Positions 37,051 through 50,920 of a DNA stretch of 64,000 nucleotides are shown here, piece by piece (position 1 is the first letter of the stretch; each line of letters begins with the position of its first letter). The stretch lies in contig NW_014577075.1 in the NCBI RefSeq assembly GCF_000485595.1, positions 99,021-163,020 of the forward strand. The letters run 5' to 3'. The notes beneath the pieces are model-generated. The model made no database searches. It had not been told where the DNA came from and saw only the letters and a program-made list of their open reading frames with translations. The translations under genes were made by a program, and so were the position numbers. This DNA is from Priapulus caudatus (Eukaryota).

Positions 37051-37835
37051 GGAGGGGGAGTGTAGTTTCCAATGCCCAACCTTCATCCCTGCACAAGGAA
37101 TCCGCGCTGCGATGCNNNNNNNNNNNNNNNNNNNNNNNNNTATATAATGATAACACGCATTCCGCCTGATGGTACTTATCTGCCGTCGAGGCATGTTTAT
37201 AAGATTCAGAACTGCGACAGCGGTGCATAATTATAGATGTGTTATAGGAGACTAGACCAATGTATGGAGGACGGCGGTGCATAGGGGGGAAGGGCTTATT
37301 GGCGAATGGGACGTAGCCTTGACAGGGGCCATATGTCGGCTTGGCGGTAGATTTTCCAAAAGTGATTTTGGATGGGAAGATACATGGGCCATGCCTTACA
37401 CTAGACCTCATGGACACATGGCCATGCCCTCAAATGAGCTGAACATGGATCACCGAAGCTCACTGCAGGGGTTGCCGAAAACTCGGAAACTGTGCGAACT
37501 ATATTGTGATTATGACACCTCATCGAAGACTGCGTCAGGGGTCATCTCCACGCATCTCCTGACACCTTCCTCCGTGGCCACAATTGCATCTTCCAGTTTG
37601 CATGGGGCAGCGCCGGGCGTGTCCCTGAGGCAAATTGTTTATCGCCGTGCTTCTAATATTTTTTACAGAGTATTGGCGCCGGGGGTGAGGTATATATATA
37701 TGGGACGGTCAGAGCTCTCCCGTGCGTCGGCGGCGGACTACCGTGCACTCACGCGAGCGGGGGGTGGCATGCTGGGAGGGCGTGGATGTAATCCCTGCCA
37801 CGAGGGATGCTGGCGACGAGTGAGACTGGCATCAT
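34760..37835. repeat. Long inverted duplication (34760-35300 vs 37170-37835), indel-rich
   Basis: Collinear reverse-complement match; each arm starts next to an N gap. Confidence 0.8.
35300..35600. repeat. Degenerate ~31-bp tandem repeat (CTATAACAGTTCTAT core)
   Basis: The core recurs about 6 times. Confidence 0.65.
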
Positions 37836-38957
37836 ATGATATATATATATGAAAGTATTGTAAAAGATATTAGACACGGATAAAAGATTTCGCGCACTTT
37901 TCCGCAACTGGCGTGTTAAGTCTTAATCATCAATGTCCTCTGCTTCTCTCCACATGCAGTCACGCACTGCACACACATATCGCAATGCACGCACGACCAC
38001 ACCACGGCAACGCTACGCACACACACTAACTACCATCCGATCCAGCGCGCAGCAAAAACAGTCATCTTAGCAGCTATATGTGTGAACGCAGGCCGGCGCG
38101 CCGCGCCGGTGTGGCCAGTAGTTCTAATACCGATACTCCACTTCGCGGCGCGCCGCGCGAAGGGATGTGCGGTAATGACTATCTGAAACGGGGGGGGCTC
38201 AGCCTGCGGTGCACGATTGTCAGCTGGCAGTGTAAAGGGCGAGGGTGCGTATCGGGCCACATGCGGGGTCAGTACGGCGCCGTGGCTATATGGCAGCGGT
38301 GCTGAGCGAGCCAGTGGCCTTGATGTCCGTCCGTCCGCGCGAGCAAAGCTGTGCGCGAAATAAGAACAGCCTGGAATCCGTGATTCTGTGGACCGGCTCT
38401 CTCGCGCTCTCTGTCTCTCTCTCTCTCGCGTCTCTCGTGTGTCTCTCTACCGCGCGTCGTCCTGTCTCTTCTCCCGTCTCTCTCTGTCGTCTCTCTGTCT
38501 CTCTCGTCTCTCTCTCGCGTCTCTCCTGCGTCTCGGTCTCTCGCCCCGCTCTCTCTCATTCTCTCTCTCGTCTCTCCGTCCGCTCGTCTCTCTCTATCCC
38601 GTCGCGCGACAATGCAACTGATCCGATACTACACACACACACACACACATACACATACACATGTCAAGACGGCTCGGAGAGCTGATGTGGATTTTACTTT
38701 TATTCATCCCATGGTGGTTCTCCTTGGTCATTGCGTCGACTCGCCTCTTCGATTCTCACTGCTCTGCTGCTGTTGCCGGGTGACGTTCTAAGCGCTGTCG
38801 TGTTTTAAGGTCATGGCTGCATGAATTTTGTTCGCTGGCTACGGCAAACGTACGTGAGCAAGTAGTCGGCAACTTTGTTTGATGCTGACTGCTGTTATAG
38901 GTGGCGTTTGAAGCGCTGTCGGGTTATAAAATGGCGGCCGATATCACTTGCCTGTCA

Positions 38958-39016
38958 CACTGATCTCTACTATACTATCTATACTTAGTACTTACTTTGT
39001 ATAGTAGAGATCAGTG
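38958..39016. mobile_element. 59-bp miniature TIR element
   Basis: CACTGATCTCTACTATAC / GTATAGTAGAGATCAGTG (perfect 18-bp TIR); exact 8-bp TSD GCCTGTCA. Confidence 0.85.
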
Positions 39017-39243
39017 GCCTGTCATCGTGAACGGGGGGCAGTACGGGCGCCATTTCTGTTCCTTCACCGCGCCCCCTAGTTTTAGTGCCCTTTAGTATTC
39101 AGAGTCCCTACTCACAGTTTTAGTTTGGCCGTTGGGAAGAGGATATCCCTTCGAAAGTTGTTAGTTACCCGCTGGAATTTTGCCGCTGATGACGAAACTG
39201 TTGAGCATCGGGCGGCTGGCAGTGCGTGGGAATGTCACGCACA

Positions 39244-39287
<44 letters not shown>

Positions 39288-42200
39288 CACCCCTCCGCGA
39301 CACACGTACGCACGACTGCTCACGTAGACGTTATGACTCATGATCACTCGTCCAGCGTTCTATCAGATGGGGGAAAAAAATCTCTTGATAAATCTCCTGT
39401 GCGGTGCAACTGTGGCCCGTAGTCGCATGTCGGTGATTGCATTCGTAGCTGCGCAGGTTGCTCGGTTGTGGCTTGCTGTGAGGGGGTAGTTATGTGTGTG
39501 AAGCCATTCTATGACGTCATCTCGGTAGAAGACAGCAAGGTTGTAGTGACCGATCCTCGTCTGTTGTCTCGGGTTCATCTTCAGCTGCAGCTGCGGGGGG
39601 AACTTGTGTGGTTGAGTAGTCGCCAGTGCACATGGCCCTACCCCCCATTGTAGGCTACCCCGTCATTAATAATGATGCCCACGGGGACCTTCACCCAGTG
39701 TCACGTATTTCTCACTTCTGGAAGGAGCGACCCAGGAACTGTACAATGTTATACACACGTGTTCCTCTCGTGGGCTACCCACAACCCCCACCGCAACGTC
39801 AGACACGCACTCGTACGCACGCGCGCGCGCACGCACGCACACGCGAACGCAGGAGCCCACAAACTAGCGAACGCCCACAAGCACGTAAGCGTACGCAGGC
39901 ATGAACCCCCTCCGGCTCACGCACGCGCGCACGCGCTCATCCGGCGCACGCACGCACGCACCCACACACACACGCATCCGGCGCACGCACGAACGCACGC
40001 ACGCACGTACGCACACGCGCATTCGGCGCACGGGTACAGCCTATGGCTTCACGCGGACACGTATATCTCCGCCATGCTGCGCCATGCTTGCGACCCCGAG
40101 CCCCGGCGCTCTCGCCCCGGCATCTATAATGGCAGCCGATCGCTGACGGATGGGACGCGATGGGGGCCGCAGCTGCTGCTGCAGTAAGGAACCCATGCAT
40201 CGACGCGGCCATGCAACATCGAGCCTGCCGATGTGTACGTCACGAGGCATGCAGGGAGCAGGGAGGGGTGCAAGGGAGGAGTCCAGAGCGAATAAAGGGA
40301 GGGGGGCTAGGAGGGAATGAAGGGAGGCCGAGGGGGACTAGGAGGGGATGCAGACGGGATGAAAGGATGGGAAGGGATGCGGGGAGTGAGGCAGAGGGGA
40401 TGCAAAGCGTGATACAGAGAGGAATGCGTGGAAGGATGCAGGGTGGTTGAGGGTGCGTGCGTGCGTGCGTACATGTGTGTGCGTGCGTGCGTGCGTGCGT
40501 GTGTGCGTACATGTGTGTATGTGTGCGTGCGTGCGTGCGTGCGTGCGTACGTGTGTGTATGTGTGCGTGCGTGCGTGCGCGCGTGCGTGTGTGCATCCAT
40601 GATGGGAGGCTGCGGTAGTGGCAGCCGACACTTTAGCGTGCTTCCCGACCCCATCACTGTGAAGCCCAAACGAGGGGAGGGATCGAGCCTTATTATTTTA
40701 CCCGTGCGCGAGCCTGAAGGTCCGCCACACTCGATTTTGTGCAATAGAATATTTTTAGGCCGCACAGTTTCCATGCATTGATGAGTGTTTATCTGGCGCT
40801 TAAGCACATGGTAGTGGGGACCGAGTATTTTTTTCGCGGGGTCCGCGATCGTTGATGGGTGGGGGTGGGGTAGAAGCAACTCGTCACTCCCTTACCCCCG
40901 AGTGTGAAGAGGCGTAGTGGTGGTGCTGGTAGTTGGGAGTGGTGTACGGTAGGGTGGCTGAGGAGGTTATATGCACGTAAGCGCTGTATGTGCCCAGTGG
41001 CTGCTCTCTTCCCCCTGCCCGGCCACATTTTTCGCTGAGCGTTGTCAGTGTTAACCTTACAGGAAAGCCCGAATCTATGCTTCTGTATCAAATGTCGCTG
41101 AATTTGCTCTTCCCAGTATAGCTTAAGATGGGCGCGCCGACCTGGCGGCGCTATCCCGTCAGTATGGTCGGCCGAGAAGCGCGTACCCGTCTATGAATTC
41201 TGTTTGCCACTTGGCAGCCTGATTTCCTTTCCCTTGCAGCATGTTACACTTTGATTTGGTCCGTGCGCGTGGCAGCTAACTTGGATGCTGTATATCGGCT
41301 TGTCCCATCTCTCAGCTGTGCCCTAATTATATTAAATACTAGATAGCCGTTCCATATATGTCCGGAAGCGAGACTACGGCTGCGGGCGACGACGCTTGTA
41401 GACGGCGACGTTGGCGTTGATAACGATGACGACGATGGCAATACCCCAGAGCTGCTCGCTGCGTGTTTATTTTCGCTGATTGGGAATATACAAACCGCGC
41501 TGGTGTTGGTACAGAGAAAGTATACACGATCCTCTCCCTATTAACTATACCTATAGAATCATTGCGGCAGCAGACGCGCTCGTCGTCTGCTTTGGGGAAG
41601 CACTTTCGCTTTTTCCCCCAGCGAAGCCATCCATAGTCTGTCCCAATTGGTGGAAAGTCGGTGCGATCTGGGCCGCAAAATATTTAATGTGCCTGGCCCC
41701 TCTTAGCCTTTGTGACGGCGAGTAATTCCGCGAGGTGGGTGCCGATGTAAACAGCATGAACCGGTGACATGTAGTGTGTGTGTGTATATATATGAGGAGT
41801 GCATGTCGCAGCCCGGGGGGTGCGGGGGTTCGTGGCGGCAACGCGGTTGGTTGCGACGAGGAAACTGGCGTTGTGAAGAGACGACCGGTGGGAAGATTTG
41901 CACTACGAAATTGCACGTTCGCGGGGCGAAATCGCTGCCGAATGTTGGCGCGGCGATTTGCAGCCTTGCATGCATATATAGCACTGCCACTGTGCGTGCG
42001 TATCTCTCGGTAGACAACAACATTAATAGCACCAGTAAACGTTTAAACCCGATAGGACGGGAGAGGACCACCCGGTCCGAAATGTGTCTGGCAGCCACAA
42101 TAATAATGCGGAACCCATAATGAAGTCCTGGTCCGCTCGCTATGCGTGCTCAATGTAGAATCCCTATGAGGTAGGTCCTTGTTCTAGAAGCACGTAGCGC

Positions 42201-42636
42201 CTGGTTTTCCTCTGTTGCCATCAGCCATGTTCGTCCTACTGAGTCCATTGCTGCTCGCCTTGCCTCTGTGTTCTAGGTATGCACACTCACTAACAGCTCG
42301 TGCTGTTAGGCTGATTTGACCTTGGCAGAGGCAGCCGTTGCGACGATGGTAACGAAAGTGTTGTCACCCGTTTGTGCAAGGTCAAGCCGGTCCGGCTGAG
42401 TGGCAGAAATCTATTCAAATGTGAATGTAGTACAAGTGCCACCGCTCGCCCGTATATCGTCTGTCTCATTTGATATTCTCTTGGTCTGTCTATAGTGTCT
42501 GTTTGTTGAGAAATTATAGATTTCCAATCATGGTCATTGAGACGTCCGTTGAGGAATGCAAGAGTTTCTATCGATTCTGAATGCTTAAATCTGCGATTTT
42601 TCTGGGTAGCTTGTCCACGGATTACTAGGAGGTTAT

Positions 42637-42639
<3 letters not shown>

Positions 42640-42691
<52 letters not shown>

Positions 42692-42852
42692 TGTTTGTGT
42701 GTGTGTGTTGTGTGTGTGTGTGTGTGTGGTCTAGTGTGTAGTGTGTGTGGTGTGTTGTTGTGTGTGTGTGTGTGTGTAGTGTGTGTGTGTGTGTGTGTGT
42801 GTGTGGTGCTGTGTGTGTGTGTTGTGTGTGTGTGCTGGTTGTGTGTGTGTTG

Positions 42853-42883
<31 letters not shown>

Positions 42884-42897
42884 TGTGTGTGTCGTGT

Positions 42898-42939
<42 letters not shown>

Positions 42940-42963
42940 GTGTGTGTGTGTTGTGTGGTGTGT

Positions 42964-42995
<32 letters not shown>

Positions 42996-43498
42996 GTGTG
43001 TGATGTTGTGTGTGTGTGTGGTGTGTGATGTGTGTGCTGTGTGTTGTGATGTGTGTGTGTGTGTGTTGTGTTGTTGTGTGTGTGTGTGTGTGTGTGTGTG
43101 TTGTGGTTGTGTGGTGTGTGTGTGGTGTTGTGTGTGGTGTGTGTGTGTGTGTGTGTGATGTGTGTGTGGTGTGTGTGGTGTGTGTGTGGTGTGTGGTGTG
43201 TGTGGTGTGGTGTTGTGTGTGTGGTGTGTGTGTGTGGGTGTGTGTTGTGGCTGTTGTGTGTCGTTGTGTGTGTGGTGTTCGGTGTGTGGTGTGTTGTGTG
43301 TGTGGTGTGTGTGTGTGTGTTGCGCGCGCGCCGGGCGCTTGCGTGCTGCGTGCGGAGTGTATGCGCAGCGCGTGCGTGCGTGCGTGCGTGCTGCGTGGCG
43401 TGCGTGCGTGCGGTGCCGTGCGTGTGTGTGTGGTGTTGTGGTGTGTGTGTTGTGTGTGTCTGTCTGTCTGTCTGTGTCTGTGTCTGTGTGTGTTGTGT
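42640..43498 (+). repeat. Long noisy (GT)n/(GCGT)n microsatellite
   Basis: Directly visible. Confidence 0.95.
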
Positions 43499-43715
43499 AT
43501 CAAATTTTGCTATCCTTGAAAGCCAGCCAACAGTTATTGTATCGAACGGGTGATATAAACGCACGCTATATATAATTATATATATATATTATATAATCTA
43601 TATATATAAGTCTGAATGCTTGAGTCTATACTGTCGGTAGAGTGCTCGATGCGTTAAGTTGCAGAGCGCTAATATTGTAGTCTGTAGACAAATTAAGACA
43701 AGACATCACGTTATT

Positions 43716-43758
43716 AGCTGTACTCCGAGTTTCACGCTTACGCCGATCATCAGACGCC
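43716..43758 (-). ncRNA. Hammerhead ribozyme motif (copy 1, small indels)
   Basis: Minus strand GTCTGATGATCGGCGTAAGCGTGAAACTCGGAGTACAGCT. Confidence 0.6.
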
Positions 43759-43779
43759 TTTAATGAAGAATAAACCTTA

Positions 43780-44189
43780 AGCTGGGGGCAACGAGCGTAT
43801 TTTATTGCCGATCGCGGCGATTAAAATCGCCAGCGAATTTATACGCCCGATCACGAAGGGGCACACGTAGCGAATTTGAGAGCGTACGCGTACGCCACTC
43901 GACGGAATCACATGATCACATGATGCATCACATGATATCAACAACCACGTCCGTTGGTTAAAAATCGAATCGCTCGACAAAATACGCCGGACACGGACAC
44001 CGAGCGAGCTTTGCCAGTAAATAATCGCCGGCGTAATAATCCGCGAACATATCTAACTTTTCGATATACGGGCGATTCGTACGGGCGATTAAAATCGGCG
44101 TCTGCCGTACGGCAACGACGCGAATTTTCGAGCGATTTTGAAAATTCGCCGCGATCGGGCGATAAAATACGCTTGTGTGGCCCCTACCA
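43780..44189. mobile_element. PIF/Harbinger-type MITE inserted in the PLE terminal repeat (copy 1)
   Basis: Long TIRs GGGGCA(C)ACGAGCGTATTTTAT..CCGATCGCGGCGA; TTA TSD; the empty site is visible at ~46493-46500. Confidence 0.8.
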
Positions 44190-46512
44190 TTATATCCATA
44201 CTATAACCTATATATATCCATGAATGGCGCTATTGTTTTAGTTATCTATTGTTATGTTAGTTCTATAGTTCTATAGTTAATCGATCTATTTGTTTGCTGG
44301 TCTATTGTTGTTCGGATTTGACTTTCTTTTTTGTTGTTTCTAATCTTATTGCCGCCATTTATATCTGATCCGGATCTAAAAAAAAAAATATCGAGCTAGT
44401 TGCACTATTTATTCTGACACAATCTATGCGACAGTACGGAAGGACAACATCAGGACTATACGAGATGACGGACTCGCAATTTTCAGAACACCACAGGTTC
44501 ACGCCGCAGAAAGAATAAAGAAGGACATAACAACCGCTTCCACACCCGGTCTGAACATTACGCTTACAAGCCAACCTGAAGTCACGACAACCTTGACATC
44601 ACGCTTAATCTAACAACGGATCATACCGCCCTAACAGAAAACCAAAGCGAAGCCCCTCTACATCAACCCGAAATTCACTCACCCACCTACATAATTAAAC
44701 AACTACCCGCACGCCTCAACCGTAGGATATCAGACATACCTCGTGCAGCAAGGAAGCATTTGACAAGCTAAGCCACTCTACGAAAAAACTCTAAAAACAA
44801 GCGGATTTACCGAAAACCTTACATACGCCAGCCGCAACACATCTGCACCCGCCAAGAAAACAGAAAAAGGAACATAATCTGGTTAACCTCCATACCAAAA
44901 CGTCAAACTAATATCGGCAAAACCTCTCTCAACCAACTCATCCAGAAGCATTTCCACAAAGACACACAATTCCACTCTATCTTCAACAACAAGACACGTA
45001 AAGTCGCAGTTACAGGCCACGGAAAATAATTTTATAGCAACCATATTAACAGCACAAACAAGAAATAACAGGCGACAACCCCCGTCCGCTCCCAGAACGT
45101 ATGCAACTGCCGAAAAGAAAACATGTCCACTCGACAATACTGCCTCTGCCAACCAGCCTATCTGGCAACGCAGCTCGTAACTACAGATGAAGACACCACA
45201 GAAAGACCTACATCGGACTTACAGAGGGAAATTTAAACAACGACACCTCAACACAAGCTATCATTTCGAACAGAAAATACGCTAACAGCCCTGAACTCTC
45301 AAAGCACCCCTGGAAAACTCAACACACGAAAGAAAATTATACAATCAACTGGTCAATCATCACTTCAGCAAGCCCATACAACAACATCTCCAAAATATGC
45401 AATCTCTGTTTACAGAAAAACTTTACATCACTAAAAGCCGACAAATATTCAAAATATCAAAATCAAATATCAAAATCATCAAAGTCAGGCTCCTCATCAA
45501 AAGATCTGAAACTAATTTCGCCAAGAGAAAAGTATTACTAATGAATACGAAAAGCAGCCAGAGAAGCTGGAGAATCCTCGGCGATTTAACATCCGACCCA
45601 CGCTACCACAGCCTGAGCCGTCGCCTCGACCTGCGTGCACGGCGACCCTGTTGCTAGATCCTCAGTCTCCTGCCACCGGTCTTAGGTACGTTTGCACGGC
45701 TATCAACGGCTCAACGAAACGGCTTGCTCACGCGTCTCACGGTGGATGAAGCGGCCAGATTCATCCCGCGGGGACGCGACGCCGCGGGAGCGACGACCAC
45801 ACGCCGCACGTACAGCCACGACAGAGAAAGCAGCTGACAGGGAGAGTCACCCACGTTGGTCGCGGTCGCGGGACGGAGAAAGGAAGGTCACGACGGCAGC
45901 TCCTAACTCCGCGGCAGCGGCGGGGCGGCGGATTGTCGCCGCGCGCGTGTAGCCGTAAACTAACGCGTTTTCTCGCGCGACACTTTTTATAGCGTAGCGC
46001 AGTGCATAGATTGGTGTTAAGTTGCGGACGCGACGGGGGCTCAAGTGTGCCGCCTATTTACGAGAGAGTAGGAGTGAATTTTCGCCGTGCCAGCGCGATA
46101 CGATTAGTATGCGAAAGTCGTCGTCTACTCGTTAGAGTCATAGTTATGAGATTGAGACCAGTGCGCCTGTTCCACACACAATGTTTATCCAAGTATTTAT
46201 ATATATGTGGTATATATGTGTGTGTATATATGTATGTATGTGTATGATATATATTATCCTACCCCTGTATAAGTCTAGGAACTGCTGTTGAATGTTTGTT
46301 TTTTTTAGATCGGATCAATCTATAAATGGCGACAATATAGATTGGCGGCATTAGAAACAAACAAAAAAGTCAAAAGCTCGAACAATACACCAGCCAGCAA
46401 CAATAGATCGTTAACAATAGAACTATAAACAAATAACAATAGATACAACTAAAACAATCGCGCATTCATGTATATATAGTTATAGTAGTATATAAGGTTT
46501 ATTTTCATTATA

Positions 46513-46553
46513 AGCCTGTCTGAAGATAAGCGTGGAACTCGGAGTAAGCAGCT
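46513..46553 (+). ncRNA. Degenerate hammerhead motif in the sense terminal repeat
   Basis: CTGT-CTGAAGA-TAAGCGT-GGAA-CTCGGAG-TA-AGCAG; the GAAA box reads GGAA. Confidence 0.5.
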
Positions 46554-46631
46554 AAAAGTGTATTCTTGTCTTTAATTTATGTACAGACTACAATTTATAT
46601 ATCTACTATATATTATCTATATATATAAATG

Positions 46632-46662
<31 letters not shown>

Positions 46663-47331
46663 TGATTTAGATATCCTATCCGTGAGCGAACCGATTCCGC
46701 ATTAAGACTTCTCAAATGCGCTTAAACGACAGCAATACTACGCCCACACTAGCGCAAAATAGTTCTTGGCACGAAAACACGAGTTATACTTCTTAATTGC
46801 ATGAGTAATCCAGATAGCATGTGATGTAAACAAATTGCATGATTCATTCTGTAATCATCAACGTTCCGTCGATTGTTGCGTTAGAGTTAGTGGCAGCTGT
46901 GCCTGGTCTATGTAAGCGTGACATATTTTTAGCTTAATGAGGTATTAAACACGACGAGAGTTTTCCAGATTTGGACGCAGGCACGCGCGCGCGCAGCCGA
47001 GCGCTTGCATTTCTCCTCGGGCGCCTGCATCGCCTCCGATTCTATGATATCAGCACGGGGAGTGTTTGCCAACAGTTTGTGATGCCTTAACGAGGAGAGA
47101 TCTATGTGGCAGCACCCCCACCCTCGCGCACCATCCACTCAACGTGTGTGATGCCTTGACGAGGAGATTTCTATGTACCAGCACCTCCACCCATCTTCCA
47201 CTAAACGCCGCCACCAACACCAACACCAACACCAACACCGCGATCTGCAAAACTCGATGCGCTGCCGGCGGTTTTTGCATCGTGTATTTCTATTTCCTCG
47301 TCCGCGGTTCTTCTCACGTGTGCGATGATTC

Positions 47332-48511
47332 GGCTGCTGCTGCTGCTGCTGCTGCTATTGCTGTACTGCTACTACTGCTGCTGGCTGCTGCTGCTATGCT
47401 GGCGCTGCTTGCTGCTGCTGCTGCGCTGCTACTGCTGCTGCTACTGCTACTGACTGCTGCTGCTGCTGCTAATGCTGCTGCGCTGCTGCGCTCGCTGGCT
47501 AGTGCTACGCTGCTGCTGCTGCTGCTTGCTGTCTTGCTGCTACTGCATCATCATCATCATCATCATCATTCGCACTTGACGAATCGAATATACGTTTACA
47601 CGCGCTCGCACACTCTACCCCTCTCCCCATCCATTCTCTCTCGCTCGCACTCTCGCTCGCTCTTCTTTGATTTTTTTCTCTCCTTTCTTCCTCCCTTCCC
47701 TCCATCCCGCCCCTTCCCTCTCTACTTACTTACGCCCTCCATCTCATTCTCTTCGCTGTCTCTCGATATTTCTCACTCTCGCTCCCATCTCTCTTGCGAT
47801 CATGCGGGCCGTCACCCTTTACATAAGTTTCTCTCTGTATAACCCAACGGAATATCCACCCCCACCCCCTACCACCACCGATGGCCGTCTTACTTCGATT
47901 TCGCGATCAGGTTGGTAGGAAAAAGTGGTTAATATGATTATTGCGCGCGGGGTGCGGGGTGGGGGGGGGGTCAGGAAAAGGTTTATATTAGGTTGGGCTG
48001 TGAGGTGAGTGAGACCGGGCACTGCCGTGACAAGCATGCGGCAGCCGTGCGAGTGACTGATGGAAGGCCCGGGAGTCTGCCGGTGTCAGTGTGAGCGTGT
48101 ATAGCTATGCTGCTGGCTGGCTGCTGGCTGCGGTGGTGCTGCTGCTGCTGCTACTGCTGCTGCTGTGCCTGCTGCTGCTGCTGCTGCTACTAGCTGCTGC
48201 TGCTGCTGGTGGTAGTGGTCGTACTGCTTGCTGCTGCTGCTGTTGCGGCTGGGTATGGTGCTGTGGCTGCGGCTGTCGAGGGTGGCGGTGATTAGTGACG
48301 GCGACGCCGGCGGCGGTAGTGGTACTGCCTTCTGCTGCTGCTGCTGCGGCTGCTGCTGTCGGCGGCGGTGATGCTGCTGCTGCTGGTGGTAGTGGTCGTA
48401 CTGCTTGCTGCTGCTGCTGTTGCTGCTGGTGATGTTGCTGTGGCTGCTGCTGTCGAGGGTGGCTGTGATTAGTGACGGCGACGGCGGCGGCGGTGGTGTT
48501 GGTGCTGCCGC

Positions 48512-48543
<32 letters not shown>

Positions 48544-48553
48544 ATACTGATAG

Positions 48554-48588
<35 letters not shown>

Positions 48589-48617
48589 ATGCCGATGATG
48601 ATGATGATGATGATGCA
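47332..48617. repeat. Two degenerate (CTG)n/(CAT)n triplet-repeat tracts (47332-47569, 48107-48617)
   Basis: Directly visible; the second tract has an internal ~175-bp duplication. Confidence 0.85.
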
Positions 48618-50379
48618 GCTTATACATCTGCGGGCTGCGTGCGCGATAGACGTTGCTTGGTTTAGCGTCAGATCTCTCATGTAGACATCCACACGGCTGG
48701 TCATTGCAGTGGCAATGCAATGTAGGAGTCAGCTGATCATGCTGAATCACTAGTAGCGTGGATTGCCTTTTTTATTCAAAAATAAATTTTCAAGAATTTT
48801 TTTAAATAATTTGTTAAATTATAATTTTTTCTCGTTTATGTTAAGTTTATATATTTTCATAGCATGTTTGGTCTTTTTACAATTAAATTTGCATTATAAA
48901 ATAATGTTACGATGTCAAACATTCCGTTCGAACGTTTAAAATATCGATTTCTGTGTAACCTCTACATGGCTGGCTGTGTCACGCTATAGTCGTATGTAAT
49001 TACTACACCCAATGTCATGATATAGCCACCTAAAAAGACGCCGAAAATGACTTCGGGGCGGAAGGCAAGCTACTTTAAAGTAGACAGACACTCTCGTTTC
49101 TCTCGCTCTAACTCGCCTAGTCGAAAACCGGGCGCGCAAGAAGAACAGATAAAACAATGCCGTGGAAACCCTCCAGAGATTTCGTCCTCAATTTAGCCGG
49201 GCTTAATAGCCGTGCTCGCCTCGCGGATATTGCGACGAGTGCAAAATAAAGGTGTCTCGAGCACATTTATTAGCTCAAAATGGGCCTTATGTCGCTATTA
49301 TCACCGCCATATTAAGAAACGTGCGCGGCCTGGTAATGCCTCATCAACTCATGGGAGGCTTTCATTTCAGCCGGATGTCGGCTTTCATGTGGCCTTTACT
49401 AGCGGCAGCGGTGTTATTTATTGTCAGCCGCGTGCAGGCGGACACATACACGCGGACACATGCACGTAGGTGCACACTGATTGCATATTGCATCTCGCCC
49501 GAGTTATCTGCAGACGGGGGACACGTGCGCGCGCGCCGCCCCGCGGTACACACGCTCTCTACCCCGCGGCACAAAACAAGAGAGCAGATGTAATAGGGCG
49601 AGTATCTAGGTCTATGAGCGTGCGTGAATGTTCAGCGTAGGTATTTATTGACATGAATTTATATACGAGGTCTGGGTTGCGAGGGAGGGGAGCAGGGATG
49701 GGGGTGGTTGGTGGGGTGTAACTGTTTTGTGTTCCCCCTTGCCACCAAGCGCGTAGAAAGTCGTGGGTGGAGCCAGGAGAAAGCCCTGTATATGCCACCC
49801 CCGCTCGCTACCACCTGCGTGCGCTAGTCGAATTTATTCGAGAGGAAGTAAGGGGAGGGGTGTTTAAGTATCATGTCCAATAGCTCGAGCGCGTCGGCCG
49901 TGTCTGTGTGCGTGATAGAGCCCAGATTGGCCGCCGGCTATTTTGCGCTGAGATAGTTGGAGTTGTTGAGTGCAAGATAGCCCTCACTGAAAAATGAGCG
50001 CATGCACTTAAGAAGTCTTTGTGGCGACTGTTGACCCCTTTTAATCACTATCGCAATGCTGATTCGAACTTTGCCTTCGGAGACATGATTGTTATATAAA
50101 ACCTGTTTCTTTGTGAGGGTCCACCTTATTCCATTCCCGGCCGATGTCATTAATAATGTTTGCATTTCTAGTTCCCAGCGCTAGTTTTTTTTCGCGCCGC
50201 TGAATTTCTGCCAAACTTGTCCGGACTTTATGGCAGCGAACGTGCCGGCGCGGAATAAAAGGCATCTCAGCGAAAGCCGCGCTTACAGTTAGCAAAGCAA
50301 ACATGGATTTTGTTGAAGGTGGGGGCGCACTATAACACCGTGAGACGGCGCCGCCGCGCACAACACTGTGTGACGTGTG

Positions 50380-50575
50380 TCAAACAGAAACAATGCGCGT
50401 TCACCTGACAAGCAGAAACAATGCGTTACGAGGGTCATCAGCATGGGAATATTCTAATTCGTCCGACAAATAGAAGCAGTGCTTGCTCGCACGACAAACA
50501 GAAACAATGTGCGTTCGCTTGACGTGCAAAGACAACTTATGTTCGCATGACAAATAGAGATAATGCGTGCGTCGT
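50380..50575. repeat. Degenerate ~29-bp tandem repeat (ACAAACAGAAACAATGCGCGTTC-like)
   Basis: The core recurs about 5 times. Confidence 0.6.
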
Positions 50576-50854
50576 GCGGGTGAACGTCGAAATGTTCCGG
50601 TGTGGGAATTTTTCTTATCATTGCGCCGCGGCGGGAGGTATTTCGGCTGCCTTCGTTACACGAGACCTACCGCTACTGTGCGTCGTGATAAAACCACACG
50701 CCTCAGCGAGCAGAGCGCAGATTGCAGGTGGAGTAGAGCCGGAATACTGCTGGAGTGCGGACGGAATATAGCTGGAATTTAAACGGAATATATATAATTG
50801 CAGAGCGTAATAAATTGTAGTCTGTAGACAAATTAAAGACAAGACATCACGTTT

Positions 50855-50900
50855 AGCTGTTACTCCGAGTTTCACGCTTACGCCGATCATCAGACAGACT
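50855..50900 (-). ncRNA. Minimal type I hammerhead ribozyme motif
   Basis: Minus strand CTGT-CTGATGA-TCGGCGTAAGCGT-GAAA-CTCGGAG-TA-ACAG: stem I CTGT/ACAG, core boxes, stem III ACTC/GAGT and a GUA cleavage triplet. Stem II is weak. Confidence 0.7.
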
Positions 50901-50920
50901 TTAATGAAGAATAAACCTTA

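Larger units (their letters stand above)
43676..46596 (+). mobile_element. Penelope-like element (PLE) copy 1, 5'-truncated, flanked by ~300-bp inverted terminal repeats
   Basis: Frameshifted RT/GIY-YIG ORF at ~44390-45545. The left arm (43676-43779 plus 44190-44389) is the reverse complement of the right arm (46297-46596). Both sides lie near (TA)n. Confidence 0.8.

Noticed and set aside
42625..43575. HT/CV-rich ORFs
   Set aside because: They are translations of a (GT)n microsatellite.
47066..48750. PolyQ/polyA/polyL ORFs as a transcription-factor exon
   Set aside because: Frames are open only because of CTG/CAT triplet repeats, and no recognisable domain or consistent splice structure was found. 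It cannot be fully excluded without RNA-seq.
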